Shown piece after piece: positions 9,311 through 20,510 of a stretch of DNA of 64,000 bases (its first letter is position 1; every line of letters begins with the position of its first letter). A program made the translations under genes and the position numbers. Source of the DNA: Rebecca billardiae RCC1528 (Eukaryota; Protista; Haptophyta); contig OZ251228.1 of NCBI GenBank assembly GCA_965240325.2, positions 2,046,001-2,110,000 of the forward strand. The letters are read 5' to 3'. The notes under the pieces were generated by a model, which worked only from the letters and a program-made list of their open reading frames with translations, was not told where the DNA came from and made no database searches.

Positions 9311-11764
9311 ATGGCAAGGGCGATGGCGGCCGCTCGTCCCTGGGCCAACCCGGAGCTCCCAGAAGAACACGAGGCCGACGCCGAGGCGGACGATGACGCG
9401 GGGGCTGTTGATCCGGCCTTTATCATCTCGCTCCATCGCGCGCTCCTGCCGCCCCACGCGGGCGCGAGCGAGCCCGCGGGCGCTGAGAGCGCCAATGGCG
9501 GGCCCGCGGCCGAGCGCGACGAAGAGGTGCTGGAGGCCGCCGACGACGAGCGGATTCGCGCGTGCTGCCTCCTCTGGGACCTGACCGTGGTGCGGCACCA
9601 CGCGCTCTTCTGCCACGAGCACCATCTGGCGCCGTTGCTCCTGCGGTACCTCCACGCCGAGCCCGGCCGCCACTCGGCGCGATTGCTCGAGGTCTGCGCC
9701 GGCGCCCTCGCGAACCTCGCCGCTGTCGCCACGATTGCGCGAGCCTTGCTCGAGCGCGCAGATCTGCCTCACGTGCTGCTGCGCGCCATTCTTACCTCTT
9801 CCAGTGCCGACGTCCTCGCCGAGGCGCTGCGCCTCCTGAGCACGGCGCTCGCAGCGGCTGGCGGCGACACGGCGCGCGCGTGGGTACGCGCACACCTCGT
9901 GGCCGACTCCACCGAGGGCGGCTGCGCCGACGCAGTGGCGGCGCGTCTCGTCTTCATGCTGGGCAACAGCCGGCGCGCGCTGCTCGTCGAGCGATCGGCC
10001 TCCGTGCTCGAGGCGCTGCTCTACCACGCGCCCGAGCCAGCCATGCGCGCGCTCGGGCTGCTGCGAGGGGCGGACGGCCCGGGCGGCCATGCTGACGGGG
10101 GCTGGCCGGGCGGGGCCGGCACGGCCGGTGCTAGCCACGCCGCGGCCTCCGAGCGTGATACTAGCGGCGTGCAGCCCGCTCCCGCCAGCGCCGCCGACCC
10201 CGCCGAGCCCGGCGTGTGCGACGTCCTGCTCGGCCTCGTCGGCAGCGCCCTGCGCGCGTTCGCGCCGCCTGGGCCTGCTGCGAGCCCTGGCCCCGCACTG
10301 CTCGGGCCTCAGCCGGCTGCTGCTCGGAGCCCAGGGCAGGCGCGGGCTGCGGGGGATGCAGGGCAGCCGGCGGCCGGTCCTGCCGACGCAGTCTCGGCCC
10401 GCAGCCCCGCCGTGCTCGACACCTCTCCCGCCCCGCCGCGGCCGTGCGACGCCGCGGAGGAGGCGGAGGTGACAGAGCTGGCCCTCGCGTCGCTGCCGGC
10501 ACTCCTCGCCCTGTGCGAGAGGCTGCTGCTCGCTGCAGGCAGCACCGCGCGCGCCGGGGCGTGGCGCGTGAGCCCGGGTGAGCCACAGCACGCGGGCGAC
10601 GTGTTCGCGCACCCGTTCAGCGGTGCGGCCAGTGGCGCCGGTGCGGGCCAAGCCGGTGCGGGCCTTCTGACTCTCCTCAGCCACCCTCTGTGGCTCGCAG
10701 TGGGCGCGCTGCTCGGTGCGCAGGGCGATCTCGCGCTGCCGGCTGCGAGCGATGGCGCGGCGCTGGGCAGCCCGAGCACGTGGTTCGGCGCCGAGGAGGG
10801 CGCCGCTCACGATCGGGACGATGCCGGCCGGCAGCCCAGTGCCGACAGTTGGATCACACACCAAGACTCGGCGCCGCAGCGGGCCGCCCGCGCGCGCCCG
10901 CCCCACGCGGCCGAGGCTTCGTTTGGCCTCGGCTTCAGCGCAGAGATTTGCCTGGGCGTGTGCGCCACGCTGGACGCGCTGATGGGACTCGGCGCCACGC
11001 ACGGAGGCGAGCCGTGCGCCGCGGCCGCGACGGAGCTCGAGCACGCGGCGGGCGGCACGGGCGGCGCCGCAGCGCGCGCATGCTCGGATCTGACGGCCGT
11101 GGCGGCCGCGGCCGCACTCCGAGCGCTGTGCGGCGGCGGGGGCGCGCAGCAGTCCGTGCGCGCGCTGTGTGAGCTCATGCGCATCGGCGTCGCCACCGCG
11201 CGGGACGATGCGCGAGGCGCATGCGCGGCCACCGCCGAGGACGCCCCCGAGGCCGCGTCGCCGGCGGTGTGGGCGTGCCTCGTGCTGCTCAGCACTCCGC
11301 TCGACGGCATGGGCCTCGCCCTCGCGCACACGCCCCCGGCCAGGCCCCACGGGCGACGTCGGCGCGCCGGGCTCGCGGGTGCACGGGAGCTCACGCCCTG
11401 CGCGCCCAGCGCCGCCCGCGTGCCCACGCTGGACGAGGCGCTCGCCGACTGGACGCGGGAGCAGCGGCCTGTCTTCGACGAGCTCGTGCGCGGTGCGCGC
11501 GCCGTGTCGTGGGCGCACGGCCTCGTGCGCGCCGCCGCGCAGGCCGAGCGCTCGGCCGGCCGCGCCGAGGGCACTGCCGGGACTTGCGGCCTCGCGCGCG
11601 CTGAGGAGCTGGGCGCGAGATGCCTGGCGCGCGCTGTCGACGCGGGAGGCGTGCTCCACGCCGCGCGTCACCCGCTGCCGCTGGACGACCCGCTCGGCGT
11701 CGCCCTGGCGATGCTGCATGCCGCACTCGATGCGGAAGTGCAAGACGCGTGGCCATGGTCGTGA
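9311..11764 (+). CDS. SAAL1-like ARM-repeat protein
   Basis: CCLLWDLT..HALF..RLLEVCAGALANLA resembles the SAAL1 N-terminal ARM region; divergent from the 9201 gene across about 110 bp. Confidence 0.65.
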   Translation: MARAMAAARPWANPELPEEHEADAEADDDAGAVDPAFIISLHRALLPPHAGASEPAGAESANGGPAAERDEEVLEAADDERIRACCLLWDLTVVRHHALFCHEHHLAPLLLRYLHAEPGRHSARLLEVCAGALANLAAVATIARALLERADLPHVLLRAILTSSSADVLAEALRLLSTALAAAGGDTARAWVRAHLVADSTEGGCADAVAARLVFMLGNSRRALLVERSASVLEALLYHAPEPAMRALGLLRGADGPGGHADGGWPGGAGTAGASHAAASERDTSGVQPAPASAADPAEPGVCDVLLGLVGSALRAFAPPGPAASPGPALLGPQPAAARSPGQARAAGDAGQPAAGPADAVSARSPAVLDTSPAPPRPCDAAEEAEVTELALASLPALLALCERLLLAAGSTARAGAWRVSPGEPQHAGDVFAHPFSGAASGAGAGQAGAGLLTLLSHPLWLAVGALLGAQGDLALPAASDGAALGSPSTWFGAEEGAAHDRDDAGRQPSADSWITHQDSAPQRAARARPPHAAEASFGLGFSAEICLGVCATLDALMGLGATHGGEPCAAAATELEHAAGGTGGAAARACSDLTAVAAAAALRALCGGGGAQQSVRALCELMRIGVATARDDARGACAATAEDAPEAASPAVWACLVLLSTPLDGMGLALAHTPPARPHGRRRRAGLAGARELTPCAPSAARVPTLDEALADWTREQRPVFDELVRGARAVSWAHGLVRAAAQAERSAGRAEGTAGTCGLARAEELGARCLARAVDAGGVLHAARHPLPLDDPLGVALAMLHAALDAEVQDAWPWS

Positions 11765-11800
11765 ACATGCACGCGGACGACGGGTGGCCCGGGCGCCTAT

Positions 11801-11950
11801 GGGCGGTGCTCCCGATCCCGGCCCCGCTCCCGCAGGGGTGCAGGGCTGCGGGTGTCGCACTCCGTCTGGTCGGAAGGCGCGGACGCATACGAATATGTGT
11901 CTGCTAAGGTGTGACACTCTGACTACTCTGAGCCCGACGCTTGCCCGTTG
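11801..11950 (+). repeat. ~150-bp dispersed repeat with GC stem-loop (in every array unit; inverted copy at ~47575-47703)
   Basis: ggcggtgctcc..cccggccccgctccc-GCAG-gggtgcagggctgcggg...ctctgagcccgacgcttg is homologous to the reverse complement of 47575-47703. Confidence 0.75.
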
Positions 11951-11960
11951 CATATAGTGA

Positions 11961-13605
11961 TGGCCCGCGGTGCAGGGCGGAGCGCGCAGCGTGGAGCCCG
12001 CACCAGCGGGCCCGAACAACGTTTCAAAAAGATCTTTGATCAAGAAAAAAGGGACGGGGGACGATTTTCATGGCTGGAGGAGACCGAGTTTCGAATTTTG
12101 AGACCCTCTCTAACATGCATCACGGCCGAAAAAGGTCGCGCCCACGGCAAGTTCATAGTAAATAAGCGTGGAGTGACGCCCGTCCAAAAAACTTCACGCC
12201 CTTTAGGATCCCTAACGTAACGAACCGTTATAAGCGATTTTTCCGGCCAATGAGATTGCAGCAAGGTCCAAGGAGCGATGACGTATCTAGATAGAGATTG
12301 CCGCGAACCGATGTGACCATGTACGTCCCTTGAATCAGTTGAATCAACTATTCAATCGCGCCGTGTCTGTATCAGGAGCCGACGAGGCAAGGGTCAGTAG
12401 CCGATGGGCCAACCTCGGCGAATCTCAATACTATCTGACACCGGAGCGGGAGCCGGGGCGCGCGGGCCCGCGTTTTCTACGCCACGGCTGCGGCGAGACC
12501 GCGAGAGGATGAGGCGAGCTGACGAGCGACCGACGGGTGAGGACGGCGATGGGCAGGTGCGCGCGGCGAGTTGCGCCTGGAGCGCGCGGCTGCGGCGGGT
12601 CCCGACTGCCGTCGACATCGCGTTCGTGCCCCCGCTCACTCCGCGCGCCCCCGCCGCCCCGTGTCGATGCCTGCGCGCGGCCGCGCGCCGGTCGGCGCCT
12701 AGGCGCCCCGGCCGCGCCGCGGCAGCCGCCCTGTATTCGGGCGCTCGCAAGCTCGGGGGCAGCGGCGCCTGATGCCGGACTGATCGATCTCTGAGTCTTC
12801 GACTTCACCACGCGCCGCCCTTGCCATGCCTTTCCGGGGAGCGCCGACGATCCGAGTCCATCGTCGACCGGTCGACTCTGAGCGAGGGCTACGCCTCGGA
12901 ACTGAACGGTACTCTACGAGGAGGACGAGCTGCGCGGGCGACGGTGGTGCGTGACGTCCCCAGAGCTGGCTGTGCCTCTGCAACGCGTGCCGAGCCTGAT
13001 CGAGGTGTGTCAGCCCGTGCACGCGCGGCGTGCGCGAACGATCTGTGACTGGTGCCCAGTCGCACCTCCGACCTCGGCACCGTGCTCCCTCGGGCTGTCA
13101 GCTCCGCGTGGCCTGGCGTGCACGTCGAGTTGCGCTCATGCGTCGATCACGCCTCGCGCCCGCCTGTCGGCCGTCGCGCAGGCGCTGGTCGAACCCTACT
13201 CGGACCAGTGCAAATCACCTAACTATCCTGGCGCTGCCGCGGTGCGCGGTGACCCGCGGCGGGACAGCGGTCAGTCAGCAGCAGCGGCCCGAACGAATCC
13301 GCGGCCCCGCACCGTGCTCCCTGGCTGTCAGCTTCGCGTGGCCTGGCGTGCACGTGGAGTCGCGCTCATGCGTCGATCACGCCTCGTCGCATCCGCCTGT
13401 ACACAATCGGCGCCGCGCCGGCGGCTGCGAAGTGCGCCGATGGGCCCGCGCCCCGGGCGCGGCGGGCGGCGGCGCGCCGCTGGAGTCTAGTTGTACGGGC
13501 ATGCAACTCCGGGTCTGTCAATAGACGACTGCGATGGAGGGTGCACCGCCACCGCGGGCCCTGAACTACGTTCGTTCTACGGAAAAGGACCGCGGAACGC
13601 GGTCA
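11961..13605 (+). mobile_element. Non-autonomous Helitron2/Helentron-like element A
   Basis: 5' T+GGCCCGCGGTG(C) pairs with an internal IR at 12000-12012 and a subterminal IR at 13550-13560. 3' hairpin GACCGCG-GAA-CGCGGTC at 13588-13604. Inserted at A^T relative to the empty site at 26802. Confidence 0.75.
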
Positions 13606-13750
13606 TATACCATATATATATATGTGTGACACGTCGTTAACTATATGCAGCATATGCATCGCATCACTATATATATATATATCGTCATCAGCGCGCATCA
13701 TTGCGTGCGGAACTAAATATATATATATATATACTACTACACTAGCTAAT

Positions 13751-15100
13751 CTAATCGTAGTCGGACGAGGCGGATGACAGATCGGATGCCATCACCGTCC
13801 AATGGTCAGACTCATCATCAGTGTCTGTGTCACCGTGTGGCGACAGTCGGCAATCCGCCCCGTTGCCGCTCTCGAGTCTCCCGACCAGCGGCGGCGGTTG
13901 GGGCAGCTGCGGGGCGGCGTCCGAGACAGTGACAAGGTGGCTGGTGGGTTTGTGCCGGCGCGTCGCTGTGCGCGTGCCCTGATCGCCAGCGCCATGCTCC
14001 AGTCTGCGCTTGGCAATGGCGAGCCGAGTGTTAACCATGCCGACCAGCTTGTGTTCAGCGCACCGGCTGGCGCGCGTGTCACCCGGCATGCCGAACGAAG
14101 GCCACTTGGTGCAGCCGGTGTGATCACACTTGCGGCTCTTCACGTCGACCATGCCGGCCAGCTTGTGCGTGGCGCACCGGCTGGCGCGCGCGTCGCCCGG
14201 CATGCCGAAGTTAGGCCGTGTGGTGCAGCCGGTGTGATCACACTTGCGGCTCTTCACGTCGGCCATGCCGGCCAGCTTGTGCGTACCGCACCGGCTGGCG
14301 CGCGCGTCGCCCGGCATGCCGAATGAAGGCCCCTTGGTGCAGCCGGTGTGATCACACTTGCGGCTCTTCACGTCGACCATGCCGCCCAGCTTGTGCGCAG
14401 CGCACCGGCTGGCGCGCGCGTCGCCCGGCATGCCGAAGTAAGGCCCCTTGGTGCAGCCGGTGTGATCACACTTGGGGCTCCTCACGTCGACCATGCCGCC
14501 CAGCTTGTGCGTACCGCACCGGCTGGCGCGCGCGTCGCCCGGCATGCCGAATGAAGGCTGCGTGGTGCAGCCGATGTGATCACACTTGCGGCTCTTCACG
14601 TGGACCATGCCGGCCAGCTTGTGCGCAGCGCACCGGCTGGCGCGCGCGTCGCCCAGCATGCCGAACGAAGGCACCTTGGTGCAGCCGGTGTGATCACACT
14701 TGGGGCTCCTCACGTCGACCATGCCGGCCAGCTTGTGCGTACCGCACCGGCTGGCGCGCGCGTCGCCCGGCATGCCGAACGAAGGCTGGTTGGTGCAGCC
14801 GGTGTGATCACACTTGCGGCTCTTCACGTCGACCATGCCGGCCAGCTTGTGCGTACCGCACCGGCTGGCGCGCGCGTCGCCCGGCATGCCGAATGATGGC
14901 CGCGTGGTGCAGCCGATGTGATCACACTTGCGGCTCTTCACGTCGACCATGCCGGCCAGCTTGTGCACAGCGCACCGGCTGGCGCGCGCGTCGCCCGGCA
15001 GCGTCACCCGGACGGGCGCGCGTGGTGCGGCGAGCTCGTCCGCCGGGCCGCGCCAGTTCACCGGATCCACGCCCGCGCGATTCCAAGATCGAGGTTTCAT
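13751..15100 (-). CDS. EsV-1-7-type repeat protein, copy 2 (8 repeats, tail type B)
   Basis: Same 38-aa repeat; start MKPRSW assumed. Confidence 0.75.
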   Translation of the reverse strand: MKPRSWNRAGVDPVNWRGPADELAAPRAPVRVTLPGDARASRCAVHKLAGMVDVKSRKCDHIGCTTRPSFGMPGDARASRCGTHKLAGMVDVKSRKCDHTGCTNQPSFGMPGDARASRCGTHKLAGMVDVRSPKCDHTGCTKVPSFGMLGDARASRCAAHKLAGMVHVKSRKCDHIGCTTQPSFGMPGDARASRCGTHKLGGMVDVRSPKCDHTGCTKGPYFGMPGDARASRCAAHKLGGMVDVKSRKCDHTGCTKGPSFGMPGDARASRCGTHKLAGMADVKSRKCDHTGCTTRPNFGMPGDARASRCATHKLAGMVDVKSRKCDHTGCTKWPSFGMPGDTRASRCAEHKLVGMVNTRLAIAKRRLEHGAGDQGTRTATRRHKPTSHLVTVSDAAPQLPQPPPLVGRLESGNGADCRLSPHGDTDTDDESDHWTVMASDLSSASSDYD

Positions 15101-15164
15101 CAGCCGCCAATGCTCATCAGCTTTCGGAGCGGAATTGCATGCCCTGCCGCATCCCTGACGCACA

Positions 15165-15830
15165 ATGGCGGGCGCGAGGAGCAACGCGACGGGGCGGTCG
15201 CGCTGAGCGCCGCGTTCGTTTCGTACAGCTCCTTCATCCTCGTGCCGGAGCACCGGCTCCTCTTCTGCAAGATCGACCAGGTCGTGAGCCAGAACTTCGT
15301 GCAGCTCTTCCGCGCGGTCCGCGCGCCGCACGACCCGGCGCTGCGCAAGCAGCTGTTCGTGCAGAACACCAACACGCTGCGCTACTTCGGGCTGGGCGTG
15401 GAGGACGGCGCGGCGCGGCTGGAGGAGCCGGCGTGGCACGCCGCCGTCGTCTACAGAGTGCCGCTCGAGCACTTCGCCTCGGCGTACGCGTCCATGTGCA
15501 CCGCGGGCCGTGACATGGACGGCGCGCGCCATTGCTCGGAGGCATTCGGCGTGTCGCGCCCCAGCTTCGACGAGGCGGCGGCAGCGCTCGGGCGAGGGCG
15601 CGTGCGCAACGGCATCAAATGCGGCAGTCTGAGCACTGCGGCGGGCTCAGCGCCACCCTCGGCGCGTACAAGACGATCGAGCGCCTCGAGCCGATGCGCG
15701 CGCGCGCGCAGCCGTCGAGCGCATGCTGCGCGCGGTCGGGGTGGACGTGCGCGCGCTGGCGCCCGAGCTGGACAAGCTGTTCCCCGACGAGCACGCGCGC
15801 GCGGCGCGGCTGCGGAGCGTCGAGCCGGGC
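15165..15830 (+). pseudogene. Frameshifted Sulfotransfer_2-like fragment (unit 1)
   Basis: ILVPEHRLLFCKI..VV, YRVPLEHFASAY, then QSEHCGGL in another frame. Confidence 0.55.
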
Positions 15831-15961
15831 GACGGCGCTCCGCGCAAGCGGCCGGCGCCGCAGCTCGCGGACGGGTGGCGGCGTGCGTGGGCAAAGCGGC
15901 GCGCGCCCGCCGCGCCGAGCGGCGCGTTGCCCTCGAGGCCGAGCGCGCGCGCGCCAAGGAG

Positions 15962-16585
15962 ATGGCGCTGCAGGCCTTCTCGACAATCTCGTACCACGGC
16001 ACGGCGTTCGGCGCGCTGCGCACGCTGTACGACGACGGCTCGCGGCCGGACGGCCGGCCGCTCGCCGTCGGCGCCTCGCCGCCGCCGCGCCGCCCTGCGG
16101 CGCGCGGCACGCCCGAGTCGGCGCACGCGCTGCCGCCCGCGCGCACGCCCAAGCGCGCCGCCGTGCCGCTGCCGACGCTCGGCCGCGTCGGGCTGGTCCC
16201 CGCGCCGGGCGGCGAGGGGTCGGAGGAGGAGGAGAGCCGCGTGCCCACGCTGGACGAGGCGCTCGCCGACTGGACGCGGGAGCAGCGGCCTGTCTTCGAC
16301 GAGCTCGTGCGCAGTGCGCGCGCCGTGTCGTGCGCGCACGGCCTCGTGCGCGCCGCCGCGCAGGCCGAGCGCTCGGCCGGCCGCGCCGAGGGCACTGCCG
16401 GGACTTGCGGCCTCGCGCGCGCTGAGGAGCTGGGCGCGAGATGCCTGGCGCGCGCTGTCGACGCGGGAGGCGTGCTCCACGCCGCGCGTCACCCGCTGCC
16501 GCTGGACGACCCGCTCGGCGTCGCCCTGGCGATGCTGCATGCCGCACTCGATGCGGAAGTGCAAGACGCGTGGCCATGGTCGTGA
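15962..16585 (+). other. Chimeric 207-aa junction ORF
   Basis: MALQAF..EEEES fused in frame to RVPTLDEAL..AWPWS (SAAL1-like C-terminus). Confidence 0.6.
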
Positions 16586-16787
16586 ACATGCACGCGGACG
16601 ACGGGTGGCCCGGGCGCCTATGGGCGGTGCTCCCGATCCCGGCCCCGCTCCCGCAGGGGTGCAGGGCTGCGGGTGTCGCACTCCGTCTGGTCGGAAGGCG
16701 CGGACGGCATACGAATATGTGTCTGCTAAGGTGTGACACTCGCTGACTACTCTGAGCCCGACGCTTGCCCGTTTGCATATATAGTGA

Positions 16788-18796
16788 TGGCCCGCGGTGC
16801 AGGGCGGAGCGCGCAGCGTGGAGCCCGCACCAGCGGGCCCGAACCACGTTTCAAAAAGATCTTTGATCAAGAAAAAAGGGACGGGGGGGCGATTTTTAGG
16901 GCTGGCGGAGACCGAGTTTCGAGTTTTTGAGATCGCATAGAGAGGTCTATTAGGCCGAAAAAAACCGCGCCCAGCTGATTCCCTTAAGTAAAGTGCGATC
17001 CGGACGTCAGCTGGACGTGACAATGTTAGTGTAACGGTTCGTTACGAGCGCGATTTTAAGTATGAGATTGCCGCCAACCGCCAACCGATAAAAACGGCAA
17101 GGCAAGGGATCGGGAAACTTGATCACTTATTCTAACTGTGAATAGTAAAATGCTCTCCCCGAGCGCGCCTGTCGCCTCGCAGGCCGCGCGTCTCGCCCCT
17201 CGCTCCGCTCTCCCCGAGGCTGAGCTCGCGGCCCGCCTGTCACCTCGCAGGCGCGCGCCACGGACACATGCGCGACGAGATCGCGGCGGGGGCGGCGAGA
17301 TCGCGGCGGGGGCGACGGGCAACAACCTGCCCGCGGGCGCGTTCGTCACTCGAGGAGCAGCGCGCAAGGGCGAGCCGAGTCCGGAGCACGCGAGCTCGTC
17401 GCTCGCCGACCGGAGCAGAGCGCGCCGCCCGCCGCCGCCGAGCGAGCGGCGCGGCAGAGCTGATGAGCCGGATGCGCCCGGAGCTCGCGCGGCTGAAGGG
17501 CGAGCTCGAGCACGCGAGCTCGCGCCTCGACGCCGAGCCCGAGCTCCTCCTCAACTCGGTCGACGGCGGCGCGGAGGTCCGGCAGCAGCGTGAGGACTCA
17601 CAGACAGTGTGAGTGAGCCGCGCGCAGCTCAGCCTGCCGCTGGCAGCCGCCGTCTTCGAGGCCGACGCGGCGGAGGAGGCGGCGGGCGACGAGATCGCGG
17701 CGGGGGCGGCGAGATCGCGGCGGGGGCGACGGGCAACAACCTGCCCGCGGGCGCGTTCGTCACTCGAGGAGCAGCGCGCAAGGGCGAGCCGAGTCCGGAG
17801 CACGCGAGCTCGTCGCTCGCCGACCGGAGCAGAGCGCGCCGCCCGCCGCCGCCGAGCGAGCGGCGCGGCAGAGCTGATGAGCCGGATGCGCCCGGAGCTC
17901 GCGCGGCTGAAGGGCGAGCTCGAGCACGCGAGCTCGCGCCTCGACGCCGAGCCCGAGCTCCTCCTCAACTCGGTCGACGGCGGCGCGGAGGTCCGGCAGC
18001 AGCGTGAGGACTCACAGACAGTGTGAGTGAGCCGCGCGCAGCTCAGCCTGCCGCTGGCAGCCGCCGTCTTCGAGGCCGACGCGGCGGAGGAGGCGGCGGG
18101 CGAGCACGGCGGCGCGGTGGAGCAGGCGCGCACGCGAGGCGGCAGGCGCGACGCGCCGCTCGCCTCGTTCCACCGCCCCGAGCTCCGCTCGGTCGGTCTC
18201 GGTGCGCGGCTGCGCAGCCGGCAGGCCGGCGGGCCAGCAGTCTGCAGTGGCGCGCGCTCTCGCTCTGCCGGCACGAGGCGTGCCGGCTGAGCGACCAGCG
18301 GCCCGTCGTCGAGCGCATGGCGCAGGGCGAGTACCTCAAGCAGGTGCGCCCGCTCGCGCGCACGCGCCGGCTCGCGACCAGCGGCCCTTCGTCGAGCGCA
18401 TGGCGCAGCGCGAGCACCTTGCAAGCTGAAGCAGGTGCGCCCGCACGCGCGCACGCGCCGGCCCGGCGCCGCGCGGCGCCTCTCGCCCTCTCGCCCTGCG
18501 CGCGCCGCCGCCCCGCTTCCCCGCGCGGCCCGTCCGCGCCTCTCGCCCTGCGAGCGCGCCGCCCCGCTTCCCCGCGCGGCCCGTCCGCTGGTGTCCCATG
18601 CCACCCTTGATGGCCGTGCGCGCCCGCATACTCGCGCCGAGTCCGAGACTCGGTCTCGGGTCTGACTCTCCCTCTCAGAGTGGCTGAACTGTCTTTCTGA
18701 CTCGGACTGACTGACTCGTCAGTCTCATTCTCAACCACTGCGCCGCGGGCCCCCAACTGCGTTGGTTCTACGGAAAAGGACCGCGGAACGCGGTCA
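16788..18796 (+). mobile_element. Non-autonomous Helitron2/Helentron-like element B with an internal 414-bp tandem duplication (17272-18099)
   Basis: Same termini as element A (TGGCCCGCGG...GACCGCGGAACGCGGTCA), same target position, different interior. Confidence 0.75.
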
Positions 18797-18800
18797 TATA

Positions 18801-18802
<2 letters not shown>

Positions 18803-18880
<78 letters not shown>
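18803..18880. repeat. (TA)n microsatellite
   Basis: Direct reading. Confidence 0.97.
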
Positions 18881-18883
<3 letters not shown>

Positions 18884-18982
18884 ACACGTCGTTAACTATA
18901 TGCATCATGCATCGCATCATTACTATCGTCATCAGCGGCGCGCATCATTGCGTGCGGAACTAATTATACCACACTAGCCAAT

Positions 18983-20446
18983 CTAACCGTAGTCGGACGA
19001 GGCGGATGACAGATCGGATGCCATCACCGTCCAATGGTCAGACTCATCATCAGTGTCTGTGTCACCGTGTGGCGGCAGTCGGCAATCCGCCCCGTTGCTG
19101 CCCTCGAGTCTCCCGACCAGCGGCGGCGGTTGGGGCAGCTGCGGGGCGGCGTCCGAGACAGTGACAAGGTGGCTGGTGGGTTTGTGCCGGCGCGTCGCTG
19201 TGCGCGTGCCCTGATCGCCAGCGCCATGCTCCAGTCTGCGCTTGGGGATGGCGAGCCGAGTGTTAACCATGCTGACCAGCTTGTGTTCAGCGCACCGGCT
19301 GGCGCGCGTGTCACCCGGCATGCCGAACGCAGGCTGCTGGGTGCAGCCGGTGTGATCACACTTGTGGCTCTTCATGTTGACCATGCCGGCCAGCTTGTGC
19401 GCAGCGCACCGGCTGGCGCGCGCGTCGCCCGGCATGCCGAAGTTAGGCCCCTTGGTGCAGCCGGTGTGATCACACTTGGGGTGCTTCAAGTCGACCATGC
19501 CGGCCAGCTTGTGCGCAGCGCACCGGCTGGCGCGCGCGTCGCCCGGCATGCCGAAGTTAGGCCCCTTGGTGCAGCCGGTGTGATCACACTTGCGGCTCTT
19601 CACGTCGACCATGCCAGCCAGCTTGTGCGCAGCGCACCGGCTGGCGCGCGCGTCGCCCAGCATGCCGAAGTTAGGCTGCTTGGTGCAGCCGGTGTGATCA
19701 CAATTGCGGCTCTTCACGTCGACCATGCCGGCCAGCTTGTGCGCAGCGCACCGGCTGGCGCGCGCGTCGCCCGGCATGCCGAAGTTAGGCTGCTTGGTGC
19801 AGCCGGTGTGATCACACTTGGGGTACTTCAAGTCGACCATGCCGGCCAGCTTGTGCGCAGCGCACCGGCTGGCGCGCGCGTCGCCCAGCATGCCGAAGTT
19901 AGGCCCCTTGGTGCAGCCGGTGTGATCACACTTGCGGCTCTTCACGTCGACCATGCCGGCCAGCTTGTGCGCAGCGCACCGGCTGGCGCGCGCGTCGCCC
20001 AGCATGCCGAAGTTAGGCTGCTTGGTGCAGCCGGTGTGATCACACTTGCGGCTCTTCACGTCGACCATGCCGGCCAGCTTGTGCGTAGCGCACCGGCTGG
20101 CGCGCGCGTCACCCGGCATGCCGAAGTTAGGCTGCTTGGTGCAGCCGGTGTGATCACACTTGCGGCTCTTCACGTCGACCATGCCGGCCAGCTTGTGCGT
20201 AGCGCACCGGCTGGCGCGCGCGTCACCCGGCATGCCGAAGTTAGGCTGCTTGGTGCAGCCGGTGTGATCACACTTGCGGCTCTTCACGTCGACCATGCCG
20301 GCCAGCTTGTGCACAGCGCACCGGCTGGCGCGCGCGTCGCCCGGCAGCGTCACCCGGACGGGCGCGCGTGGTGCGGCGAGCTCGTCCGCCGGGCCGCGCC
20401 AGTTCACCGGATCCACGCCCGCGCGATTCCAAGATCGAGGTTTCAT
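18983..20446 (-). CDS. EsV-1-7-type repeat protein, copy 3 (9 repeats, tail type B)
   Basis: Repeats mostly KQPNF/KGPNF. Confidence 0.75.
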   Translation of the reverse strand: MKPRSWNRAGVDPVNWRGPADELAAPRAPVRVTLPGDARASRCAVHKLAGMVDVKSRKCDHTGCTKQPNFGMPGDARASRCATHKLAGMVDVKSRKCDHTGCTKQPNFGMPGDARASRCATHKLAGMVDVKSRKCDHTGCTKQPNFGMLGDARASRCAAHKLAGMVDVKSRKCDHTGCTKGPNFGMLGDARASRCAAHKLAGMVDLKYPKCDHTGCTKQPNFGMPGDARASRCAAHKLAGMVDVKSRNCDHTGCTKQPNFGMLGDARASRCAAHKLAGMVDVKSRKCDHTGCTKGPNFGMPGDARASRCAAHKLAGMVDLKHPKCDHTGCTKGPNFGMPGDARASRCAAHKLAGMVNMKSHKCDHTGCTQQPAFGMPGDTRASRCAEHKLVSMVNTRLAIPKRRLEHGAGDQGTRTATRRHKPTSHLVTVSDAAPQLPQPPPLVGRLEGSNGADCRLPPHGDTDTDDESDHWTVMASDLSSASSDYG

Positions 20447-20510
20447 CAGCCGCCAATGGTCATCAGCTTTCGGAGCGGAATTGCATGCCCTGCCGCATCC
20501 CTGACGCACA

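Noticed and set aside
7829-12043. 1404-aa minus-strand ORF
   Set aside because: Arg/Ala/Gly-rich GC shadow overlapping two well-supported genes.
11961-13605. Solo LTR reading of the TG...CA ends
   Set aside because: No 4-6 bp TSD against the empty site, interiors differ between copies, and asymmetric IRs plus a hairpin fit better.
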